Positions 13,626 to 23,644 of a stretch of DNA of 64,000 bases are shown here, in pieces (the first letter of the stretch is position 1; every line of letters starts with the position of its first letter). Source of the stretch: Dendrobates tinctorius (lineage: Eukaryota). Location of the stretch: positions 1,612,001 through 1,676,000 of the forward strand of contig NW_027361863.1 of the NCBI RefSeq assembly GCF_039654945.1, read 5' to 3'. The notes under the pieces are model-generated. The model worked only from the letters and a program-made list of their open reading frames with translations. It was not told the DNA's origin and did not search any database. A program made the translations under genes and the position numbers.

Positions 13626-13823
13626 TTAATGTCTTTTCTACCCAGAAAGATGTCTCCTACGGGTGACTGCTCATTGAGACCAGGGCTGTGGGGTCAGTAA
13701 GCCAAACCGCCATCTCTATGACTCTACAGCCCTGATTGAGATCCATCACTATTCCCCCTATCATTGCACAACTCTCATTTTCCGTGACATCACATTAAAG
13801 CAGAAGTGATTCCAAGCTCTTAC

Positions 13824-13898
13824 CTGCTTCAGGAGTTTCTTGATACCGTCGTGGTCGCCATCAGAAATAGTATGGGCTTCAAATTCCACATTCACCTC
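13824..13898 (-). CDS. BCCIP: BRCA2 and CDKN1A-interacting protein, coding exon 2 (EVNVEFEAHTISDGDHDGIKKLLKQ)
   Basis: 75-nt phase-0 exon, ttctag|GAG...CAG|gtaaga; matches the BCCIP motif EVNIEFEA...GIKKLL; exon 3 was not found in the window. Confidence 0.95.
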
Positions 13899-15274
13899 CT
13901 AGAAACAAGTAGACTCATAAGTCATAAATAGATATTTAGAAATACATATAAAGTTTTAGATGTCATGTAAAGCTACAAGTGCGCATTTTTTTTCTCCCCT
14001 AGAAATGAATGAGCAGGTTTTACCAGGTGGGACTTAAACAGAACCTATCAGGTCCCCCGTACCACCAGCAGCAGCTGCGTCTGCACACGTAGACACCCTG
14101 CCTAACAGTCCCTGTGTTATATTACATATAAGGTATTTCTAAAGTCCGTTTATGATATGTAAATGAGGGCTTTGAGTAGTCGAGGGGGCGTTAGTGTCCC
14201 CAGACTAGTCGGACCACTAATGAATAAAGAGCATAAGGAGCCGAGTATATGAATATGAAGTGAGGAAGGTCACATGTCCTGTTCCCAGCCATTCATAGGG
14301 GATATGTTTTACTGACACCAATCTATGTATTGGGATATTGTATTTACGTGCCAGCAATTCCCCCATGGACATCATAACACTGCCTGTACTATCGCCTCAT
14401 GGTTTTATGGTTGTCTGCCTGTTTTTTTTACAATTCTGTCTATTTTGATATTTTGTTTTTCTAAAGTGATTTAAATAAAAATTTGTATTTTTATGATCAG
14501 CAGGACATGTGACTTTTCTCAGTCCATATTCATATACTCAGTATTTGGGTTCTAAGCTTCTTATGCTCTTTATTCACTGGTTGAACAATTTCAGGAGCGC
14601 CCTTCTATTCAGGACTATGGTAGTCTTTCTAAACCACAATTCTGGCTATGTATATATAGTCAGCCCACTAAGCATGTTATTGCGGCCCTGTGGGCGCCAT
14701 ACTTACCTGGTGCATGAGAACGGCTTCTTCCTCGATCTTTGATCCTCTGAAGCCGGGTGTATGCGTCCCAGCGTCACATAGGCGCACTGCGCATGATTGA
14801 ACGTACAGAGACTTTCAATCATGCACAGTGCGCCTCTCTGAAGTCAGGACACAGACACGCAGCTTCAGAGGCTCAATGATGAACAGGGAAGAAGCAGCGC
14901 GCATGCGCATGGTAGGTATGGTGTTTGCAATGTAGCCGGCGCTTGTAAGGAAAGTTATCAGGCACACAGGGGCGCAATAACATGCTTAGAGGGCCGACTA
15001 GTCTGGGGACACTAACGCAATTAAAGAATTTGATACGTAAGGAGTTAACTTTTCATCAGTCTGAGTGGGCATTACCAGAGAGCTTTCCTTAGGGGCGTGT
15101 GCTTCTGCTCCCTGTATGATGCTGACCAATCATAAGCAAGCAACAACACTCAGTGGGAAGAAGACCACACCCCCACCGAAGCTTAGAGCAGAATTCTCAG
15201 TGTGTCAGATGTAATGATACAGCTCTGATCTAGGGGTCAAACCTCTGACATCCTGGCATCGCCCCATAGAAACA

Positions 15275-15688
15275 CCCAGGACGCTCACCCCCTAGCAACA
15301 CCCAGGACACCCCCCCCTAGCAACGCCCAGGACGCTCACCCCCTAGCAACGCCCAGGACGCTCACCCCCTAGCAACGCCCAGGACGCTCACCCCCTAGCA
15401 ACGCCCAGGACGCTCACCCCCTAGCAACGCCCAGGACGCTCACCCCCTAGCAACGCCCAGGACGCTCACCCCCTAGCAACGCCCAGGACGCTCACCCCCT
15501 AGCAACGCCCAGGACGCTCACCCCCTAGCAACGCCCAGGACGCTCACCCCCTAGCAACGCCCAGGACGCTCACCCCCTAGCAACGCCCAGGACGCTCACC
15601 CCCTAGCAACGCCCAGGACGCTCACCCCCTAGCAACGCCCAGGACGCTCACCCCCTAGCAACGCCCAGGACGCTCCCCCCTAGCAACG
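15275..15688. repeat. 26-bp minisatellite (CCCAGGACGCTCACCCCCTAGCAACG), about 16 copies, in BCCIP intron 1
   Basis: periodicity 15421 vs 15447. Confidence 0.97.
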
Positions 15689-15798
15689 GCCTTGGCATTG
15701 TTGAGATCTGACTGGTTGCTATGGATAACGTGAAATAAGCACCATTTTGGGACTTCCACAGCCGGCAGTAACAGTCGCCTGCCCCTCAGCCCCCTCAC

Positions 15799-15963
15799 CT
15801 CATGCAGCTCCTCATCTTCCTCGGACTCCTCGTCCTCGATGTCGTCAGACTCGTCCTCGTCGTCTTCTCCCTCCATCTCCTCCTCGAGGTCTTCCTCCTC
15901 CTCGTCGTCGTCCTGTCTCCGCTGCTGTGAGGCCACAGCTCTCCGCTTCGCGCTGGACGCCAT
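15799..15963 (-). CDS. BCCIP: BCCIP coding exon 1 (MASSAKRRAV + acidic tract, 55 aa)
   Basis: ATG at 15963; acidic N-terminus typical of BCCIP; donor GAG|GTGAGG; in frame with exon 2. Confidence 0.95.
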
Positions 15964-16230
15964 GCTGCTCCGTCTTCCAGGCCCGGCGTGCTGTTCAGAG
16001 CGGAAGTAAACAGGAAGTTCCACGGATTCTACCATTCATCATCGAGGGGGGTGTGCGAATCGTTATTTCTCACCTTATCGGCTACAATATTGTGTGTTTT
16101 ATTATTCGTGACTGTGTGTAATAGTGATATTGAAAGTGGATAAAAAAGGTGAATATAAAAGGCATTTATTTCTGGTTTTTCTCTGATCTCTTCTGGTGTA
16201 TGAGGTAGACACCCCTTATTTCTGGTACAG
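15964..16230. promoter_or_regulatory. Bidirectional BCCIP/UROS promoter with tandem ETS (GABPA-type) sites
   Basis: CGGAAGT 16001 and CAGGAAGT 16011; head-to-head arrangement known for BCCIP/UROS. Confidence 0.65.
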
Positions 16231-16266
16231 ATGGACTGTCCCACAGGCGGCGGAGGAGAGGAGGCG
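16200..16266 (+). other. UROS: Candidate non-coding UROS exon 1 (5' start uncertain)
   Basis: GC-rich stretch ending in consensus donor GCG|GTGAGT; the first coding exon has an acceptor upstream of its ATG, which implies an upstream non-coding exon. Confidence 0.5.
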
Positions 16267-16558
16267 GTGAGTGCGGCTGTCCATCTCCTCAGTGGCAGGG
16301 ATTCTCTCACCTGTCACCCCCCTAGTGTTAAGAATATTTTTTTGCCCATAGTCTACACTTTATTTTTGTTACCCATTTATATCCCCCGAGCAGGTCTGGG
16401 CACATTTTCAGGCCTTCTACACATTTCCAGTACTTCTAAGTGCTTTGTATCCCTCCTCTATGGTCCGTCCTATTTTTGGACCGTCTGCAGGGTGGGAGAG
16501 GGCGGCGTCCTTTTCAGTACCGTCTGTCTGTGGTTTGAGGGGGGTCAGCACACTTTCT

Positions 16559-18360
16559 GGGCCCGTCTGCGGGTTGGGGGAGGTCGGCGTCCGGTTCGGG
16601 CCCGTCTGCGGGTTGGGGGAGGCCGGCGTCCGGTTCGGGCCCGTCTGCGGGTTGGGGGAGGTCGGCGTCCGGTTCGGGCTCGTCTGCGGGTTGGGGGAGG
16701 TCGGCGTCCGGTTCGGGCCCGTCTGCGGGTTGGGGGAGGTCGGCGTCCGGTTCGGGCCCGTCTGCGGGTTGGGGGAGGTCGGCGTCCGGTTCGGGCCCGT
16801 CTGCGGGTTGGGGGAGGTCGGCGTCCGGTTCGGGCCCGTCTGCGGGTTGGGGGAGGCCGGCGTCCGGTTCGGGCCCGTCTGCGGGTTGGGGGAGGTCGGC
16901 GTCCGGTTCGGGCTCGTCTGCGGGTTGGGGGAGGTCGGCGTCCGGTTCGGGCCCGTCTGCGGGTTGGGGGAGGTCGGCGTCCGGTTCGGGCCCGTCTGCG
17001 GGTTTTGGGAGGTCGGCGTCCGGTTCGGGCCCGTCTGCGGGTTGGGGGAGGTCGGCGTCCGGTTCGGGCCCGTCTGCGGGTTGGGGGAGGTCGGCGTCTG
17101 GTTCGGGCCCGTCTGCGGGTTGGGGGAGGTCGGCGTCCGGTTCGGGCCCGTCTGCGGGTTGGGGGAGGTCGGCGTCCGGTTCGGGCCCGTCTGCGGGTTG
17201 GGGGAGGTCGGCGTCCGGTTCGGGCCCGTCTGCGGGTTGGGGGAGGTCGGCGTCCGGTTCGGGCCCGTCTGCGGGTTGGGGGAGGTCGGCGTCCGGTTCG
17301 GGCCCGTCTGCGGGTTGGGGGAGGTCGGCGTCCGGTTCGGGCCCGTCTGCGGGTTGGGGGAGGTCGGCGTCCGGTTCGGGCCCGTCTGCGGGTTGGGGGA
17401 GGTCGGCGTCCGGTTCGGGCCCGTCTGCGGGTTGGGGGAGGTCGGCGTCCGGTTCGGGCCCGTCTGCGGGTTGGGGGAGGCCGGCGTCCGGTTCGGGCCC
17501 GTCTGCGGGTTGGGGGAGGTCGGCGTCCGGTTCGGGCTCGTCTGCGGGTTGGGGGAGGTCGGCGTCCGGTTCGGGCCCGTCTGCGGGTTGGGGGAGGTCG
17601 GCGTCCGGTTCGGGCCCGTCTGCGGGTTGGGGGAGGTCGGCGTCCGGTTCGGGCCCGTCTGCGGGTTTTGGGAGGTCGGCGTCCGGTTCGGGCCCGTCTG
17701 CGGGTTGGGGGAGGTCGGCGTCCGGTTCGGGCCCGTCTGCGGGTTGGGGGAGGTCGGCGTCCGGTTCGGGCCCGTCTGCGGGTTGGGGGAGGTCGGCGTC
17801 CGGTTCGGGCCCGTCTGCGGGTTGGGGGAGGTCGGCGTCCGGTTCGGGCCCGTCTGCGGGTTGGGGGAGGTCGGCGTCCGGTTCGGGCCCGTCTGCGGGT
17901 TGGGGGAGGTCGGCGGGTTGGGGGAGGTCGGCGTCCGGTTCGGGCCCGTCTGCGGGTTGGGGGAGGTCGGCGTCCGGTTCGGGCCCGTCTGCGGGTTGGG
18001 GGAGGTCGGCGTCCGGTTCGGGCCCGTCTGCGGGTTGGGGGAGGTCGGCGTCCGGTTCGGGCCCGTCTGCGGGTTGGGGGAGGTCGGCGTCCGGTTCGGG
18101 CCCGTCTGCGGGTTGGGGGAGGTCGGCGTCCGGTTCGGGCCCGTCTGCGGGTTGGGGGAGGTCGGCGTCCGGTTCGGGCCCGTCTGCGGGTTGGGGGAGG
18201 TCGGCGTCCGGTTCGGGCCCGTCTGCGGGTTGGGGGAGGTCGGCGTCCGGTTTGGGCCCGTCTGCGGGTTGGGGGAGGTCGGCGTCCGGTTTGGGCCTGT
18301 CTGCGGGTTGGGGGAGGTCGGCGTCCGGTTTGGGCCCGTCTGCGGGTTGGGGGAGGTCGC
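16559..18360. repeat. 39-bp GC-rich minisatellite (GGGCCCGTCTGCGGGTTGGGGGAGGTCGGCGTCCGGTTC), about 46 copies, with a degenerate tail to about 19280
   Basis: direct periodicity; accounts for the four 700-800 aa repetitive ORFs. Confidence 0.97.
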
Positions 18361-19889
18361 CGTCCATTTTGGGCTCGTCTGCGGAAGTGGGAGAGGTCGG
18401 TGCCCGTTTTGGACCCTTCCGCGGGTTGGGGGAGTTCATCGTCCATTTTGGGCCCGTCTGCAGGTTGGGGGAGGTCGGCGTCTGTATAGGGCTCATCTGT
18501 GGGAGTGGAAGTGGTTGGTATCCTTTTTGGGCCCGTCTGCGGGGGTGAGTGGGGTTGGACTCCTTTTTGAGCCCATCTGAAGGGGTTGGCATCTTTTTTA
18601 GGCCCGTCTGCAGGTTGGCGGAGGTCGGCATCTGTATAGGGCTCATCTGTGGGGGTGAGTGGGGTTGGTATCCTTTTTGGGCCCATCTGCAGGGGTTGGT
18701 ATCCTTTTTGGGCCCGTCTGCGGGGGTGAGTGGGGTTGGAGTCCTTTTTGAGCCCATCTGCAGGGGTTGGCATCCTTTTTAGGCCTGTCTGCGGGTTGAG
18801 GGTAGATGGGTCGATGTCCTTTTTTGGGCCTATCTGCAGAGGTGGGAGGCGCTGGCTCATTTTTGGGGCCCGTCTGCAGGAGTTTGGGGGCTGGTGCCCT
18901 TTTTTGGGCCCATCTGTGATTGTTGGTGGGCTGGTGCCTTTTTTGGGGCCCATCTTTGGTGGGTAGGGGTGGTGCTTCTTTTGGACTTGTCTGCGGGGTT
19001 GAGGGGGGTTGGTGCCCTTTTTTTGGGCCTGTCTTCAAGGGTGGGAGGGGATGGTGTCGTTTTGGGCCCATCTGCGTAGGGTTGCTGCCCCTTTTTGGGT
19101 CCTGATTTAAGCGGTCTATGCCCTATTTTTGGCCGGTTTTCAGGGATGGGAGGGGTTTGGGCCAATCTTTGGGGGTGGGAAAAGTTCATGTTCTTTTTTT
19201 TAGCCTGTCTGAGGAGGGGTTGAGCCATTTTTCAGAGTCCAGCCACAGGGTTAGTACCCCTCTTTGGACCCATCTGCTTACTCCCACTGTCTGAGGGGAG
19301 GTCTCTGTGCAGCCCCATGTGCTCATATGTAAAGCCGGCCATTATTTTCTGGCCTCATTATTCTCATCCTTGCTGCTATTTTTTTTCCCACGTGGAAAAT
19401 TTGCACTTGCATATTCACTAGAGTTGGTGTGAATCGATTCCCAGGACCTGGTCCATCAGCCACATTGGTAATTTATTACCACCAGATGGGAGCCGTGAGA
19501 GCCATTTTCTGCCTCCCAGTATCGGCGGCTTTTCTTTTGATGAGCTGGACTGATGCCATGTCTTTATTGAGTTGTGATGGCCGTGTAACATCGCACCAGG
19601 CCGGCTAAGCTAAATAAGCGCTGCGGATGCAGTCAGGTAGGAGGAGGTTCTCCCGCTTCCCGTCCAGCGGGTACAAATCACCGACACATCTGATTGACTA
19701 ACATTTAGCCATGCTCTGTACTCCTGTAATCTGTGCATCCCATTTTTGGCTTTTGTCAGAGGTAGCCTCTCATGTACAGGACGTGTGCCTCAAAAAATAA
19801 AATGTTGCACAGTAAGAATGCTTTCAAAAATAGTGGGTTTTTTATCAGTTACAATCAGACAGTGTCATTAAGAACAAGGAGTCCTGTAA

Positions 19890-20212
19890 GTGATGATGCA
19901 GCCCCCACAGAGTCCCATCATCCAGACTCTCTGGGATCACATGGATCCACACAAGAAGATCTGGGGTCAGTTCTCCAAGATGTTTGGAGCAACCTCCTGC
20001 CGAGTTCCTTCATAACCTGTGTGCAAGTATACCTCAAATAATTGACGAACGCATAGGGCGGTCACTAAATATTGATGTGATTTTAGATTTCTATTTTCTT
20101 CGTTCACTTTGAATTTGGTAATTGATAATAAATAAACTATAATATTTATACTATTGAAAGCTTCTTACTTTCTAGCACTTTTCCATATCTGCCTAAAAGC
20201 TTTGCACGCTCT
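19890..20212 (+). mobile_element. Degenerate Tc1-like transposon 3' remnant
   Basis: CCCCCACAGAGTCCC...TGGGATCACATG resembles WPPQSPDLNIIESVWDYM; followed by an AT-rich TIR-like segment. Confidence 0.5.
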
Positions 20213-20216
20213 TGTA

Positions 20217-20397
20217 CACACGTGGTCAAAATGGTTGGTACCAAAATTCTGTGGAAGCATGGCTGAAAAGCAATGTCTGACTTTCATTTGTTCATTTTCG
20301 ATTTATTATTACTTTTGTCAGATTCAAGTTATTTCTGTCCCCATTGTGGGTTTTTCTGTCATTAAACGAGGGGTACCAGCAATTATGACCACGTGTG
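20217..20397. mobile_element. Tc1/mariner MITE
   Basis: TA|CACACGTGGTCAAAAT...GGTACC ... GGTACC...ATTATGACCACGTGTG|TA. Confidence 0.85.
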
Positions 20398-20410
20398 TAT
20401 ACAGGAGATA

Positions 20411-21775
20411 ACAGGATCCACCATTCACAATAGACAATGTCACAGCTCACCTCCTCCTCCTGTACAATGACTGATAACACAGGATCCACCATTCACAATA
20501 GACAATGTCACAGCTCACCTCCTCCTCCTGTACAATGACTGATAACACAGGATCCACCATTCACAATAGACAATGTCACAGCTCACCTCCTCCTCCTGTA
20601 CAATGACTGATAACACAGGATCCACCATTCACAATAGACAATGTCACAGCTCACCTCCTCCTCCTGTACAATGACTGATAACACAGGATCCACCATTCAC
20701 AATAGACAATATCACAGCTCACCTCCTCCTCCTGTACAATGACTGATAACACAGGATCCACCATTCACAATAGACAATATCACAGCTCACCTCGTCCTCC
20801 TGTACAATGACTGATAACACAGGATGCACCAGTCACAATAGACAATGTCACAGCTCACTGTTGTGAGTTCATTTTTCCCTTCACCATTGAGGTCTGATGA
20901 ACTCCCTCCTCTGGTGAAGGAAGGTAGTGAGACTGATTACCAAACACCTGGGCAGCTAGATGACAACTGGGTGGCTGGAATTGAGGACTGGATATAAGGC
21001 TGCCGACGCCCTTCTTCCTGGCTGGTGATTTTCCTGCTGGATTCTTGGAGACCAGTCTGATTCCTGCGTCTCAAAGCTAAGTTTTTCTGCTCTGCTTTGT
21101 ACTCTTCAGTTTTGTGTTTTGTTTTGCCTTGTTTTTTGGGAGTTCTGCCATCCCCGGCTGGGGGGGAGCTGAATTCCATTTTTGTCTCTGATCTGTTGAT
21201 CTTTTGCTCTGTCTTCAGAATATACCTGAGTGCTGATATAGTCTTTTGAAGCCTAGCGACTTCAGGGCCTGTTTTTCCTATCAGTCGGTTGGCTCATTTT
21301 GATAGGGTTTTTGCGGATGGCAGACAGCAGCTTTCCTATCCTGTCCTATGTAGTTAGCTTGGGCCCCATCATTTGCTCAACCTATCTTTCTATCTGTGTT
21401 AGTGTTTTCATCTTGCTTCACCATCATTATATGTTGGGGGCTGCCTATTGCTTTGGGGTCTGCTCTGGGGCAGTTTAGTTTTTTCCCTTTCTGTCTTTAG
21501 GCTATGTAGCTCTCCGGCTGTGATCGAGGGGTCTAGGGCACCGTAGGAACCCCCCACGGCTACTGCTAGTTGTTGTGGATAGGTTCAGGGGTCTGCAATC
21601 CGATAGCTGCCAACCTCTCTGGTTTTTCTGGACTTAGCTGGTATTTTGTTTTTTCCTCCTTCGGTGACTCATCATAACAGCTCACCTTCTCCTCCTGTAC
21701 AATGACTGATAACACAGGACCCACCATAGACAATGTCACAGCTCACCTCCTCCACAGCCCTGCACAATGACCTCT
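20411..21775. repeat. 68-bp tandem repeat (about 8 units) interrupted by a solo LTR
   Basis: unit ACAGGATCCACCATTCACAATAGACAATGTCACAGCTCACCTCCTCCTCCTGTACAATGACTGATAAC; 20411 vs 20479; resumes at 21680. Confidence 0.92.
20859..21679. mobile_element. Solo LTR (821 bp)
   Basis: TGTTGTGA...TCATAACA termini; TSD GCTCAC on both sides. Confidence 0.85.
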
Positions 21776-22239
21776 GCCGAAATCACGGAGCATGCTCACA
21801 ACAATCTCCTATAGAAATTAATAGGTCGTATTCTCCCATTTGTCCACATAAATACATTTTCTAAGTTGACGGGTCAGCCTCCAATACAGTTGTATAAATG
21901 GAAAAAATAATTTTAAAAAAATTGATATGACTCTTGAAAGACAGAAGAAAAACCCCCAAAAATGGAATAACCGTCAAAGGGGATGACAAAATGAGCAGCT
22001 CTGCAGAATTAGTAATTTTGTGAGTCTGTATATTTTCCTACACATTTCTTGTATCAGCAGGGAGCAGCACGGGGTGCGGTATCAGCGGGCGGTGGCCTCT
22101 CCTCAGTTTTTTCCTTACTCATCATAGCCGTATATATCTCTGCCATTTGTTGGTTTGTAAAGCCACAGACCCTTCTTTCCAGCACAAGGTGCAGACCCTG
22201 ATTCTATCACTTTGTATTTTTCAGAACTCATCCTCCATA

Positions 22240-22302
22240 ATGAAAATTTTGCTACTAAAGGACCCAAAAAGCGGTGACGAAGCCTCAGATCCTTATGTAC
22301 AG
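22240..22302 (+). CDS. UROS: Uroporphyrinogen III synthase, coding exon 1 (MKILLLKDPKSGDEASDPYVQ)
   Basis: acceptor ttttcag at 22224, ATG 22240, donor CAG|gtcaga; resembles human [21 protein letters not shown]. Confidence 0.96.
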
Positions 22303-23527
22303 GTCAGAAACATTTTTAAACAGTTTTTGAAACTTTTTACCTTTTCTTGCCAGGAAAATTGATCCTTTGATCTGGGTCCGCCAGAGGTGAGCCCTCCTTG
22401 TAATACTGGACTATCAATCATCTGAATGGCGGATGAAAACTAGGAATGCAAGTCTATGGGTCCGTGAAAAAAATCGGACCGCACTCGGGTGACATCCAAG
22501 TGCAGTCCGATTTTCACAGACAGAAAGGAGAAGGTGTAATTTTTTTTCACATTTTTTTTTCCACATACGAGTAAATTGTATGATATTTGTGACTCACTGT
22601 GATCAGAATAATCAGTCCGTTTTTCTCATAAGATCAGACAGGTGAATGAGCCCCTAAGAGTGATGGGACTTGACCCGGACCACAACTATCTAACGTGTAT
22701 GCGGGACTTTAGGTTATGTTCATACTGTGTTTTATGATGTGGAAATTTTAAGCTAAAAAATCCACATAAAAAAAATAATCTTTGAAAAAAAAAAAAATTT
22801 GATTTTTATTTACTTATTTATTTTACTCTTCTGAGGTGTTTTTCACGTGTGAATTTTGATCTGTTTTTTAATATAATACAGCAAAATCATGTTTTTTGTG
22901 GCAAAAACCTTCCCTCCTCTAACGTGATAAAACCCCATCCAAAATGCTCATTTTGCAATGAATTATGCACCAAAAACTCACCAAAATATTGACACGACGT
23001 GTGCGCTCTAGGAACCTTTTTCGTGTTCAGTTCAATGGAAATATTTTTTAAATGGATGTAAAGCGTTTACCAATGTAATTATTTTTTTGAGTCAGAATCT
23101 GCGCAAAAAAAAAGTGTAAAAAACCCTATACCCACAGGGTATCGTGTCGCCCTAGTCTGTGCTTTCTCACTGGCTGACGTCTATATTTCATAGGACGGTT
23201 TCGCAGATCATTGAGCTTTATCAGGGGCTTCTCTTTTCACAGGGGCTTTTCTCATGCTTCTGCACTAAGAAGTGCTCATTTGGTAAAATTTGGTTATCTG
23301 GACCCCGTTTGTCTAAATCTGGAGTTTTGAGGGAGGAAAGGGCAAGAGAGGACCTGGAGTATGGCGATTCAAGAGGATGGACCACATATGCGCCAATCTT
23401 ATAGGGCTCCATAACCAATTCCTACTGGTTCTACCTCCGTTCTGTACTGGTCAGGAAAGTGCAGTGTGAGTCAGTTCCATCAACGTCCTGAAATTCATAA
23501 ATGATCTCGCTTTCTTTTCCATCCTAG

Positions 23528-23611
23528 GAGTTGTCCTCACACGGATATCAGACCACACTAATCCCCGTGTTATCCTTTACGTTTGTGTCCCTGGAGCATC
23601 TCTCCGACAAG
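23528..23611 (+). CDS. UROS: UROS coding exon 2 (ELSSHGYQTTLIPVLSFTFVSLEHLSDK)
   Basis: 84 nt, cctag|GAG...AAG|gtataa; TLIPVLSF motif. Confidence 0.96.
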
Positions 23612-23644
23612 GTATAATCTCACTTTATTCTATTACCGTGCCTA

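Noticed and set aside
1-13823. BCCIP exon 3 (expected LFLKA.VNT...IGSVIK)
   Set aside because: No matching - strand exon found by eye; it probably lies left of the window
15964-16035. 24-aa N-terminal extension of BCCIP from the upstream ATG at 16035
   Set aside because: It overlaps the ETS promoter motifs and probably lies upstream of the TSS; MASSAKRRAV matches the known N-terminus
16231-18953. Four ORFs of 711-802 aa as real protein-coding genes
   Set aside because: They overlap on both strands and are translations of a stop-free 39-bp repeat in UROS intron 1; kept only as a speculative finding
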